Shown one piece after another: positions 53,135 to 62,114 of a DNA stretch of 64,000 nucleotides. The notes beneath the pieces were generated by a model that was not told where the DNA came from, ran no database searches, and saw only the letters and a program-made list of their open reading frames with translations. The position numbers and the translations under genes were made by a program. This DNA is from an archaeon (GTDB taxonomy: Archaea > Nanobdellota > Nanobdellia > Pacearchaeales > GW2011-AR1), in NCBI GenBank assembly GCA_043822125.1, contig JBDRCB010000009.1:15736-79735 (forward strand). Reading direction: 5' to 3'. Positions within the stretch are counted from its first letter, which is position 1, and every line of letters starts with the position of its first letter.

Positions 53135-54603
53135 AAAAACCAAAAAGTTTAGCCATTTCGTCTAAAAAATCAGAAGAAGGGATAACTGCAAAAAAAGAGG
53201 AAAACTTTTCTGAGTGGTTCACACAGATTGTTCAAAAATGTGAACTTGCTGATTTAAGATATAATATAAAGGGTTTTTTGGTTTTTCAGCCGTGGGCAGT
53301 TCTCTCTATGGAAAAAATGTATAAATATTTTGAAGAAACACTGCAGAAAAAAAATCACAAGCCATACTGGTTTCCGACAGTAATTCCAGAAGAAAACTTA
53401 AAAAAAGAAAGCACCCACCTCGGAGGATTTACTCCTGAAGTATTTTGGGTGACACATGGAGGAGATAAAAAATTTGAAGAAAGTCTTGCATTAAGACCGA
53501 CTTCGGAGACAGCATTTTATCAAATGTTTTCTCTATGGATTAGAAGCTATAAAGATTTGCCGTTTAAGACATATCAAAGGGCGAATATCTTTAGGCATGA
53601 AACAAAAGCAACAAGACCTTTTTTGAGGAGTCGGGAATTTTATTGGATTGAACGGCATTCAGCTCATGCAACAGAAAAATCTGCTTTTAATCAGGTTCTC
53701 GAGGATATGAAGACAACAAAAGAAGTTATGCATGATATTTTTGGTGTGCCTTTTATATTTTTTGAGAGGCCTTCATGGGACAAATTTCCAGGAGCATCAA
53801 GAACTTTCGCAGCAGATGCTATAAATCCCGACGGAAAAGTTCTGCAACAGCCGTCAACGCACATGATTTCAGAAAAATTCTCAGAGGCATTTGATGTAAA
53901 ATTCAAAAACAGCGAAGGAAAAGAAAAATACGCATTCTTGACCTGCTACGGCCCTGCAATCTCAAGAATTTTTGCAAGTGTGATAATTGTTCATGGGGAC
54001 GATAAAGGAATGAAATTCCCGTGGGAAATCGCACCAGTTCAGATAGTAATAATACCAATAGAAAAATCACTGAGCAAAAAAGCAGAATCCCTTAAAAAAC
54101 AATTAGAATCATTTGCTTCGGTAGAGATAGATTATTCAGACAAACGCCCTGGAGAAAAATTCAATTTCTGGGAGATGAAAGGGGCGCCAATAAGAATTGA
54201 TTTGGGATTAAAAGATTCAAAAAGTAAAAAAATAACAATTTTCAGGAGAGACTTAAATAAAAAAGAAATAATTTCTGAGAAAGATACTATAAAAATAATT
54301 AAAAAAATTTCAAAAGAGTTTACAAAAAATTTGATAGAAAAAGCAGACAAAACATTCCAGGGAAAGATAAAAGACTGCAAAAATATTTCAGAAATAAAAA
54401 AAGCAGTTAAAGAAGGTTTAATAGCTCGTTGTCTGTGGTGTTCAGTGGAAAGAGAAGGGGAAAAATGTGCAGAAATCATAGAAAAAGAAACAGGAGCAGA
54501 AGTCCGAGGAACACGATTAGATGAAAAACAAAAGCCGTCGGGAAAATGCAGTATATGTGGGAAGTCTGCAAAACATATTGTTTACATCGCGAAGAGCTAC
54601 TAA
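53131..54603 (+). CDS. proS: proline--tRNA ligase, archaeal/eukaryotic type
   Basis: FSEWFTQIVQKCELAD..., class II motifs (FRHE, the GASRTF region) and a C-terminal zinc-binding domain ending in ...Y. The ATGA junction overlaps the protease gene. Confidence 0.9.
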   Translation: MKKPKSLAISSKKSEEGITAKKEENFSEWFTQIVQKCELADLRYNIKGFLVFQPWAVLSMEKMYKYFEETLQKKNHKPYWFPTVIPEENLKKESTHLGGFTPEVFWVTHGGDKKFEESLALRPTSETAFYQMFSLWIRSYKDLPFKTYQRANIFRHETKATRPFLRSREFYWIERHSAHATEKSAFNQVLEDMKTTKEVMHDIFGVPFIFFERPSWDKFPGASRTFAADAINPDGKVLQQPSTHMISEKFSEAFDVKFKNSEGKEKYAFLTCYGPAISRIFASVIIVHGDDKGMKFPWEIAPVQIVIIPIEKSLSKKAESLKKQLESFASVEIDYSDKRPGEKFNFWEMKGAPIRIDLGLKDSKSKKITIFRRDLNKKEIISEKDTIKIIKKISKEFTKNLIEKADKTFQGKIKDCKNISEIKKAVKEGLIARCLWCSVEREGEKCAEIIEKETGAEVRGTRLDEKQKPSGKCSICGKSAKHIVYIAKSY

Positions 54604-55064
54604 TTTTTTCTGAAATAAAAATAAGTTGCAATCAATCCTGCAACAAAGAAAATTGTACCAAGAAGATTATTTGTATTTGAACTTGTATTAAGTATAGAAT
54701 AACTTGTGAGGTTAATTGATATGAAAAATAATGCTCCTAAAAATGAGAAAATTGCTGCCACTGCAATCATTTTTTTCTCAAGACTGCCTTCAGGTAATTT
54801 TCTCTCAGGGATTTTCTTTTTTGGATGAAATCTATCATGCAATATTTCTGCTTTTTCTTTATAATAATTATCCTTTGTATCTTGGTATATCTCCATTAAT
54901 TCGCCAATCACATCTGTAACTAGCTCTCTATCATATCTTGAAAAATCAATCCTTCTCTCTTTTAATAAGTCTCTTGTAAAATATCTTAAGTGCTTAGGAT
55001 ACTCTTTGTCTTCTTTATATTTTAATACTGACTCCCATCTCCCATCAAGATTCTCAAAAACCAT
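54600..55064 (-). CDS. hypothetical membrane protein
   Basis: 154 aa with a soluble N-terminal half and two C-terminal TM segments. Confidence 0.45.
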   Translation of the reverse strand: MVFENLDGRWESVLKYKEDKEYPKHLRYFTRDLLKERRIDFSRYDRELVTDVIGELMEIYQDTKDNYYKEKAEILHDRFHPKKKIPERKLPEGSLEKKMIAVAAIFSFLGALFFISINLTSYSILNTSSNTNNLLGTIFFVAGLIATYFYFRKN

Positions 55065-55149
55065 AAACTACAAACAAAGAATTATTTTTAAACTTAACCG
55101 TCGCATATAATATACTAACAAATAGCAAGGATTCTCTTTTTTCATTTAA

Positions 55150-55272
55150 CTAATTGTGAGCTGAACTTGAAACTAAATCTAATTCCATCTCCATCTCAAG
55201 AGTAAACTGCATCAACTTGCTTAGCTCTTTTTCCACATGTACTTTTTCTTTTTCCATCTGTGTTTTTTCCAT
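55150..55272 (-). CDS. possible 40-aa ORF in a long intergenic region
   Basis: MEKTQMEKEKVHVEKELSKLMQFTLEMEMELDLVSSSAHN. A TATA-like TTTATAAATA lies 13-22 nt upstream. Support is weak. Confidence 0.2.
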   Translation of the reverse strand: MEKTQMEKEKVHVEKELSKLMQFTLEMEMELDLVSSSAHN

Positions 55273-55550
55273 TTTAGGGTTTTTTATTTATAAAACACAC
55301 TCAATAAAGTCTATCTCTCAACCCGAATTAAATCAGAAGAATTCGCTTCAACTTAATCCGGATCAAAAAGACCAAATTAAATTGAAAGTGGTTTAATTGT
55401 AGAGCAAACTAAGCCAAAACCATTCATCCAGTTATAGCCAAGTCTTGCTTCCATTAATAAAATCAATCCAAACTTCTTTTTATATTTTTCTATTCTGAAT
55501 CTTCACTTAAAAGGAATAATTTTTTACACAAGATATATATAAAATTTTTA

Positions 55551-56591
55551 TCAAAGCAAGTTTAACAGCTTGTTTTTAAAATTCTCCAAATCGCCTATAA
55601 AAACTTGCGCCCCGACAGCACATTCATGCCCTCCGCCAGTTGCTCCTTCAATACATTGAATCGCCTCTAAAACTTTTTTTCTGACATTTTCCCCCCTCAC
55701 AGAAATATTTGCTTTTGCTCCTGAAATATAAACAACAATAATGACTTTATCTGGAAAAACATAACTCAGTTCATTTGCAATGTCGCTGCTGATGCTTAAC
55801 TCCCCGCCATATTGAAAATACAAAAATCTTTCTGAAAATTTCCCGAGATTAACTGCTTTCTCAAGAAATTTATTTTTCTTTTTTTCTATTTCACTAAATC
55901 TATCATGCATAGTTTTATTTTTTGTATTCTCTTCGAGAACCTCATAAGGAGTCCTCGCCTTAATTAAAAATCTAATCATATTCATAACATTTGCAGTTCT
56001 GTCTTTAAGGGCAAAATTAAATATTCTCGCGATTTTCCCAATCTGGGATTTATAATAAACATCAAATGCATCCTCAAATGAGACTGAAATATCTGGATAT
56101 ATTTTTTCAAATTCAGAATAAAAATCAGGGACAAATTTATCAGATATGCATCCTACAACAGCAAGCCAGATATCTTCTTTTTTTTCTGTAACCCTATAGC
56201 AAAGAGCAGTCACAGGGATATTCTCGCTTTTTTTGTTGAACAAAGGATTATAATAATCTACAAATTCAGGTATCTCTTTTTTATCAATCTCATGGTGGTC
56301 TATCCAGACAACAGGAATATTTATCTGCCTCGCCTCTTCAAAAAATTCTGCTGAAACAGACGGTTTATCGAGGATAAAAATAGAATCTGCTTTGAATTCT
56401 ATTACTTTTTTAAAATATTCTTTTGTCAAATCAGGAAAGGACCTTACAGGAACTCCTTTTCCTTTTTTAAGATATCTCTGCAGTAAAAGAAAAGAGCATA
56501 AGCCGTCAGCATCATTGTCAAAAAAGAAAATAGGATTAGATGAATTATTTAAATGCTCCTTAATTTTTTCTATTTGTTTTTTTGCCTGCAT
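55551..56591 (-). CDS. DHH/DHHA1-family phosphoesterase (candidate c-di-AMP/pApA phosphodiesterase or RecJ/GAN-like nuclease)
   Basis: FFFDNDADGLCS, WIDHHE and TGGGHECAVG motifs. I set the start at the ATG 1 nt after the disA stop; the track's start at 56633 would overlap disA by 41 nt. Confidence 0.65.
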   Translation of the reverse strand: MQAKKQIEKIKEHLNNSSNPIFFFDNDADGLCSFLLLQRYLKKGKGVPVRSFPDLTKEYFKKVIEFKADSIFILDKPSVSAEFFEEARQINIPVVWIDHHEIDKKEIPEFVDYYNPLFNKKSENIPVTALCYRVTEKKEDIWLAVVGCISDKFVPDFYSEFEKIYPDISVSFEDAFDVYYKSQIGKIARIFNFALKDRTANVMNMIRFLIKARTPYEVLEENTKNKTMHDRFSEIEKKKNKFLEKAVNLGKFSERFLYFQYGGELSISSDIANELSYVFPDKVIIVVYISGAKANISVRGENVRKKVLEAIQCIEGATGGGHECAVGAQVFIGDLENFKNKLLNLL

Positions 56592-56592
56592 T

Positions 56593-57693
56593 CTAAATTC
56601 TTTTTCCCACAAGAATCTTCTCGCGAAGATCATTCAAATCCCGAATTAATGCTTCTGCAACAGGCTCACTCTTCAAAATCCTCGCTAATGATTCTTTTTC
56701 AGCGTCTAAAATTTTATTCAAAGTCTTAAGGCCAAAAATTAATGCCCTTATCTCCTTTTCAAGAAGATTAGTTTTATTTAATATTCTTATCCCCCTCGGA
56801 GAAATAGATTTATCATGAAGCTCTTCGAAAAGAATTCTTGACAAATTTGATGTCTCAAGCAAAAAATCAAAATTCATGCTGTTCAGTGCTGCATCTATCT
56901 TAGAATATTTGGACTTAAAATAATCCCGAAGAATCATCTCTCTTTCTTTGGAAAGATTTTTTATCAATTCTTTCAGACGCATACTTACAATAATTCCTTC
57001 TTTTCCAAGTTCAATCAGCGACTTCTTAACAACATCAGATATTCTTCTTATAATTTCTATTCTCTGCAAAACCTCGCAGACATCACTCATAGTAACAAGA
57101 TTATTTATTTCAAGTATATTCAGATTTTTCATAAGGTCGTTGTATATTTCTTTTTGTTTTTCAAGAATTTGCAATGTCTCAGCAGTTCTTCTTAAAACCT
57201 CAGAACTTCTCTCAATCTCATATCTTGTCTCCCCGTAATAAAGAGTTATTTTATTTTTTCTCTCAGAAACTGCAATTACAATTGTGTCAGCGTGTTTTGC
57301 TGTCCTTTCTGCTGCTTTATGTCGGGTTCCTGTTTCTTTTGTGGTTAAATTTACATCAGGAGTCAAAAGAGTATTTGCATAAAGAATTTTTTTCATATCT
57401 TTCGAAAGAATTATAGCCCCGTCCATTTTCGCGAGCTCAACAAGTTTTTGCGAACTGAATTTTGAATTTACTTTAAATCCTCCGTCGGCAATATCAAAAA
57501 CTCTATCATTATCAATAACAATCAAGGCACCCATTCTCGCGCGGAGAATATCGTCGAGGGCACTTCTTATTGAAGTCCCAGGGGAAAACATTTTAAGAAC
57601 ATCGAAAAAATCTTTTTTCTTTTCAGAGGTGGGGCTGATTATTTTTTCATCGTTTTGAATTATTGTTTCATTAAAATTAGAATTTTGCTCCAT
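56593..57693 (-). CDS. disA: DisA-type diadenylate cyclase (DNA integrity scanning protein)
   Basis: DAC domain LRARMGALIVID, ELAKMDGAIILS and ETGTRHKAAERTAK, then a long helical linker and a C-terminal domain. The 366-aa length matches full-length DisA. Confidence 0.8.
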   Translation of the reverse strand: MEQNSNFNETIIQNDEKIISPTSEKKKDFFDVLKMFSPGTSIRSALDDILRARMGALIVIDNDRVFDIADGGFKVNSKFSSQKLVELAKMDGAIILSKDMKKILYANTLLTPDVNLTTKETGTRHKAAERTAKHADTIVIAVSERKNKITLYYGETRYEIERSSEVLRRTAETLQILEKQKEIYNDLMKNLNILEINNLVTMSDVCEVLQRIEIIRRISDVVKKSLIELGKEGIIVSMRLKELIKNLSKEREMILRDYFKSKYSKIDAALNSMNFDFLLETSNLSRILFEELHDKSISPRGIRILNKTNLLEKEIRALIFGLKTLNKILDAEKESLARILKSEPVAEALIRDLNDLREKILVGKRI

Positions 57694-57747
57694 AGCAAAT
57701 AAAAAACACTGGAATATATAAACTTTTCATAAAAATTCAAAAAATAA

Positions 57748-58722
57748 TCAGAAATTTTTCTCACTTACAAATGCTTTCGCTACAATCAATGGAAAAATAA
57801 TTGTAGCGTCCCCATGGACCTTCACGCTCTTATTGTTAATTGCAATTTTGCCCCAACTAACTGCCTCGTCTGTTCTTGCGCCTGCATCTGAAGCATCAAA
57901 TTCTTCTGCAGTATTAATATAAACAGCATAATCTGCCCCGTTTCTGTAAAGATTTGCATTGCAGACAGCATGCTTAACCACTCCTCCCCCTAAGATAATC
58001 ATGCCTGTCTTGTCTTTTCCGATTGTAGAATTATTCAGCTCTTTGGCATCTGAAATTACATCTAGTTTAAAATCAGGATTCTTAAAACTATAAAAATAAA
58101 GCATATCTCCAATACTTCCATCCATAATAGCAGGACAATGAACAGGTATATTATTAACATAAGCCCAATAATAAACTGACTCTTTATTATTTACCTCTTT
58201 TCCGAGAAGTCTTATTAACTCAGAGGAGTTGCTTATTTTAGAATGATTTTTCTCTAAGAAAGAAATTAAAAAATCTTCAAAAGCACAATATCTTGAATTT
58301 GGAACTAAGATATTTCCTATCCTGTTAATTCCACTTTCTCTCAAATCTTTTCCCTTTAAATTAAAATCTCCTATTTTAAAATCACCAATGCATTTTATAA
58401 AATCTTCTTCAACCCCTCCACAGGTTGTGATTAAATAATCAACTAACTTATGTTCAACAAGATAACGGATAATCTCTCTGTTCCCTGTAGAAATCATATT
58501 AGAAGTATAAGCAAGATAAACATATGCTTTGTTTTTTCTCATCTCCTTGATAATCTCAACAGCCCTTGCAAGATTAGTTGCCTGCGCCCCCATACTAGAA
58601 AAACTGTCTAAAAGTTTGTCATAATTCAAACCCTTATTAAAATCATAGCCCTTGACAGTCTCTCCGCTAATCTCCTCACTTTTCTTCAATATTGCATCAC
58701 GGGCGATTTTTTCTTTGTCCAT
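57748..58722 (-). CDS. dys: deoxyhypusine synthase
   Basis: GYDFNKG, TSNMISTGNREIIRYL, TTCGGVEEDFIKC and GINRIGNILVPN are characteristic DHS blocks. Confidence 0.85.
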   Translation of the reverse strand: MDKEKIARDAILKKSEEISGETVKGYDFNKGLNYDKLLDSFSSMGAQATNLARAVEIIKEMRKNKAYVYLAYTSNMISTGNREIIRYLVEHKLVDYLITTCGGVEEDFIKCIGDFKIGDFNLKGKDLRESGINRIGNILVPNSRYCAFEDFLISFLEKNHSKISNSSELIRLLGKEVNNKESVYYWAYVNNIPVHCPAIMDGSIGDMLYFYSFKNPDFKLDVISDAKELNNSTIGKDKTGMIILGGGVVKHAVCNANLYRNGADYAVYINTAEEFDASDAGARTDEAVSWGKIAINNKSVKVHGDATIIFPLIVAKAFVSEKNF

Positions 58723-58880
58723 TTAAAAGAAATAAATAATTTTATTAAAGTGTATTGGGATGGGAAGAATAACATAATTATTTTTCATATATTCTCAATA
58801 AAATATCAATTTTTAAATATTTCTTTTATTCATTTTATCACGAAAATCTTTTTAAATAGAAAATTGCATCTTAAAATACA

Positions 58881-59078
58881 ATGAACAAATGGGTTGAGAT
58901 ATCCGCAGGATTAATTTTGCTTTTGGGGGCAATTATTATCTCTTTTTATTCTCTAGATTGGGGGTTTTGGAACTTCGGAACTGCAGCATGGGAAGTTCTC
59001 AAAGGCAGCATAATCTGGATAATCGCCCTGCTAGGATTTATTTTTATTATTCTGGGAATAAATGATTTAAAAAATTAA
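58881..59078 (+). CDS. small two-TM membrane protein, hypothetical
   Basis: 65 aa with two hydrophobic helices. Confidence 0.4.
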   Translation: MNKWVEISAGLILLLGAIIISFYSLDWGFWNFGTAAWEVLKGSIIWIIALLGFIFIILGINDLKN

Positions 59079-59080
59079 AT

Positions 59081-59269
59081 CTATTTGAAAGCTTTCAATA
59101 AAGCCAAAATACCACAGATTCCAATAACAGCATAAAGTATTGTAACTAAAACTGGCCAGCTGCCGAAAATCAATGCTACAAGATTCCATTTTTCTCCTAT
59201 TGCGACAAGACCCCAGTTAATAGCGCCTATTGCTGCAAGAACCATTGCGGTTTTTTCATACCAAGTCAT
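59081..59269 (-). CDS. DUF378-like small membrane protein
   Basis: AAIGAINWGLVAI...NLVALIFG...ILYAVIGICGI matches the GAlNWGLvg / nlV..lfG pattern. Confidence 0.6.
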   Translation of the reverse strand: MTWYEKTAMVLAAIGAINWGLVAIGEKWNLVALIFGSWPVLVTILYAVIGICGILALLKAFK

Positions 59270-59341
59270 TTCACCCTTTTCTGCAATTCGCAGTAAATTT
59301 AATTATAAAAATTAGTCGCAGAGATTATTTAAAATTAACTA

Positions 59342-59968
59342 TTAAGGCAAAAAAATAAAAAGCCCTTCTATGATCGCGGCGAAAATCAAAAGAGGGATTA
59401 CAATATATAAAAATACTTTCATAGAATTTAAAAAATAATCCACAAATGTTTTTCTGCGGTTTTTGCTGAAAACAAAAATCCCTAATTTCAATCCAAGCCC
59501 AAATGAAATAAAAATCGCAGGAAGTTCAAAAATCCCATGCGGAAAAAGACGAAAAAGAACCAAGATTCCATTTGAATTCACTGCCCCAATCCCAACAAAA
59601 CCAAGAACATATCCATTTACAATAGCTCCGAGAACAGGAAAGATTCCAAACAAAACTCCAAAGACAATTCCAAAAAAAGAACTTTTCAGATTATTTAAAA
59701 AAATATACTTAGTCAATTCAAGCTGAGACATTCCTTTTGTCTTTTCAAGCAACTCCATTATATATTCTAAAATTTTCTCAGAAATAACATCAGGGGCAGG
59801 GATAAAAAACCCGATTAATGCAAAAAGAAAAAAAATCAAGATTACAGCAAAAATATAGTTTTTAGAATTTTTCAGATAATCCCAACTTTCAGAGTATTCT
59901 CTTTTAATATCAAACCCTTTTTTTAATTTCTTCTTTCGGGAAACTTTTCTAAAATTATTTTTTTTCAT
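59342..59968 (-). CDS. SpoIIM-like (DUF95) integral membrane protein
   Basis: FLNNLKSSFFGIVFG...NGYVLGFV...LFPHGIFELPAIFIS pattern. Confidence 0.6.
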   Translation of the reverse strand: MKKNNFRKVSRKKKLKKGFDIKREYSESWDYLKNSKNYIFAVILIFFLFALIGFFIPAPDVISEKILEYIMELLEKTKGMSQLELTKYIFLNNLKSSFFGIVFGVLFGIFPVLGAIVNGYVLGFVGIGAVNSNGILVLFRLFPHGIFELPAIFISFGLGLKLGIFVFSKNRRKTFVDYFLNSMKVFLYIVIPLLIFAAIIEGLFIFLP

Positions 59969-59969
59969 T

Positions 59970-60638
59970 TCAGCTGAAATATCTGCTTATATATTTGACT
60001 TTATTTTTATACTTGCCCCTGAGATAAACTCCATAAATTAATCCTGCAATTAATCCCCCTAAATGAGCTGTGTTTCCAATTCCAAGATTTGCTGTGATTG
60101 AAATCAGCCACAGCACAATAAGAATCCCAGGACCTGCGTATTTCATTTTAATTGGAATTGGGATGAACATCACAAAGACAGGAAGATTTGGAGTTAAAAG
60201 AATCAAAAGTCCGACAATCCCAAATAAAGCTCCTGATGCTCCAACAGCATATGTATTAAAATCAGAGGTAAAAAGCAGACTCGCGACAACAAAAAATAAT
60301 CCTGCAAACAACCCTGATGCTAAATAAAAATATAAATATCTTTTTTTCCCTAAGATTTTTTCAACAAGAGAGCCAACGAAAAAAAGAGAGAGCATATTCA
60401 CAAAAAGATGAAAAAATCCTCCATGCATAAACATACTTGTGAGAAAAGTCCAAAGATAATTCCCTCCAAAAATATTCGCTGGTTTTATCGCGACAAAATC
60501 AATTGAAACCACTTTAAAAAAAAGAAGAAAATTAAACAAGATAAACAAAAAAACATTAATTAAAATTAAGCTTAAATTAACACTAATTCCACTGAAAAAA
60601 CTTTTTCTTTTGCGGGGATAAACCTGGTAAATAGGCAT
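59970..60638 (-). CDS. rhomboid-family intramembrane serine protease
   Basis: MFMHGGFFHLFVNM, the catalytic GASGALFG and the HLGG histidine motif. Confidence 0.8.
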   Translation of the reverse strand: MPIYQVYPRKRKSFFSGISVNLSLILINVFLFILFNFLLFFKVVSIDFVAIKPANIFGGNYLWTFLTSMFMHGGFFHLFVNMLSLFFVGSLVEKILGKKRYLYFYLASGLFAGLFFVVASLLFTSDFNTYAVGASGALFGIVGLLILLTPNLPVFVMFIPIPIKMKYAGPGILIVLWLISITANLGIGNTAHLGGLIAGLIYGVYLRGKYKNKVKYISRYFS

Positions 60639-61400
60639 TTAATTTTTACTCTTTTTTTTAATTTTTTTAGAAGGCTTTTTCTTAGAAGTTTTTTTAACTG
60701 GCTTTTTAGGGGATTTCTTAGCTGTTTTCTTTAAAGTCTTCTTTTTTCCTGATTTCTCACTGATTTTTTTCGCAGACAATTTTTCTTTTTTCTTAAGCAT
60801 TCTCTTTATAGCAGACTCTTTTGCTTTTATTTTCTGTTCTCTTTTAAAATCCTTTTCTCTTTTTTTAACAATAGAAGACCTCTCATTTTCTATTTCGGTT
60901 TCTACAAGTTTTAATTCTTCTTCAAATTTCTCTAAGTTTCTTTTCAATTCTTTTATCACTTTTGTATTATCTTTTATGCTAAAAACATTCCCGCACTCAT
61001 TGCAGGTAAAATCATGGAGCAGTGCATTCTCCTCGGTAAACTCAATACTGCATCTTTCGCAGACATAAAACTGCTTTGTCTCTCTGCTGTTTACCTGGCT
61101 TCTGATTTGCTCTATTTTTTTCAACAGAGAACCTCTCAAAAATTCCAGACACTTTAAAATTTCAATTTTCCAAAAATAAGTATACCATCCTTTGCGTTTG
61201 TCTTTTTTCCTTATTGAAGAAACAAGTCCGTAATCTGAAAGTTTATAGAGGATATTTCTAGTCTGATTAATTGTGATGTCAAGTTTTTTTGCAATTAAAA
61301 ATTCGTTGATATGTTTATTTCCACTAAGCAGGTCAGCAATTTCCTCAGATTGTTTTCCCACAACAATTCCTATAACCTCTTTAAGAAATTTTTTAAGCAT
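60639..61400 (-). CDS. tfe: transcription factor E (TFE-alpha) with a long Lys-rich C-terminal tail
   Basis: N-terminal wH (EFLIAKKLDITINQTRNILYKLSDYGLV...YTYFWKI), a CERC...CNECG ribbon and then about 90 aa of coiled-coil/K-rich sequence ending KKPSKKIKKKSKN. Confidence 0.75.
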   Translation of the reverse strand: MLKKFLKEVIGIVVGKQSEEIADLLSGNKHINEFLIAKKLDITINQTRNILYKLSDYGLVSSIRKKDKRKGWYTYFWKIEILKCLEFLRGSLLKKIEQIRSQVNSRETKQFYVCERCSIEFTEENALLHDFTCNECGNVFSIKDNTKVIKELKRNLEKFEEELKLVETEIENERSSIVKKREKDFKREQKIKAKESAIKRMLKKKEKLSAKKISEKSGKKKTLKKTAKKSPKKPVKKTSKKKPSKKIKKKSKN

Positions 61401-61540
61401 TTAAAAAATAAAAAAAGTTTAAATAAATACCTTTCGGTTTTGAGGAGAAGGGTTTAATTCATCAGTTTGCATGATTCACTAAAAATAAAAGTTTTTAAAC
61501 CTGTATTATATTTTATATATATTGAAAACTCTATATTAAA

Positions 61541-62113
61541 ATGGGATGGTTTAATAAAAAAGAAGTGAAAAAAGAGGCGTTACCTAAACTGCCTGAGCTT
61601 CCAAAATTGCCTGAGCTTCCAAAATTAGAAGATTATTCGTCGGAGGGGCCCATAAAATCAATCCATCAGTTACCGTCATTTCCATCAAGTTCTATTGGAA
61701 ATAAATTTTCTCAAGATACAATTAAAGAGGCTGTAAGTGGGAAAAAAGAGGTTGAAGAGGAAGAGATAGAACCTGATGAATTTGAAGATGATGAAGAAAT
61801 TCAAATGATGGGATATCCTCAAAAAACAAAAAGCAGAAAGGAAGCAGAAGAAGTGCCGATTAAATTCAGAGAAGCTGCGAGAAGAGTCAAAAGTATAGAG
61901 CCGATTTTTATAAGGCTCGATAAATTTGAAGAAGCATTAAAAACATTTGAAAAAACAAAAATGCAGATAACTGAAATTGAAAAAATGCTGAAAGACATAA
62001 AAAGAATAAAAGAAAAGGAGGAGGAGGAGTTGGAGATGTGGGAGAATGAAATCCAGACATTAAAAAACCAAATAGAAAAAGTAGACAGAGAAGTTTTCTC
62101 AAAAGTGGAATAA
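61541..62113 (+). CDS. hypothetical protein: PELPKL repeats, acidic linker, C-terminal coiled coil
   Basis: 190 aa. LPKLPELPKLPELPKL at the N-terminus and EPIFIRLDKFEEALKTFEK... as a coiled coil at the C-terminus. Confidence 0.5.
   Translation: MGWFNKKEVKKEALPKLPELPKLPELPKLEDYSSEGPIKSIHQLPSFPSSSIGNKFSQDTIKEAVSGKKEVEEEEIEPDEFEDDEEIQMMGYPQKTKSRKEAEEVPIKFREAARRVKSIEPIFIRLDKFEEALKTFEKTKMQITEIEKMLKDIKRIKEKEEEELEMWENEIQTLKNQIEKVDREVFSKVE
61591..61626 (+). repeat. perfect 18-bp tandem duplication (gcctgagcttccaaaatt x2) inside the CDS
   Basis: Read directly from the sequence. It encodes the PELPKL repeats. Confidence 0.8.
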
Positions 62114-62114
62114 A

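Noticed and set aside
56592-56633. Longer start (56633) for the DHH/DHHA1 gene, overlapping disA by 41 nt.
   Set aside because: An in-frame ATG at 56589-56591 sits 1 nt after the disA stop. That matches the tight-junction style of the other operons here. The extra 14 residues (MIFARRFLWEKEFR) add nothing recognisable.
56636-56650. Third occurrence of cccgaattaa (10-mer) inside the disA coding region.
   Set aside because: Only the 10-nt core matches, not the 13-mer. It lies in coding sequence with no hairpin partner, so it is most likely chance.
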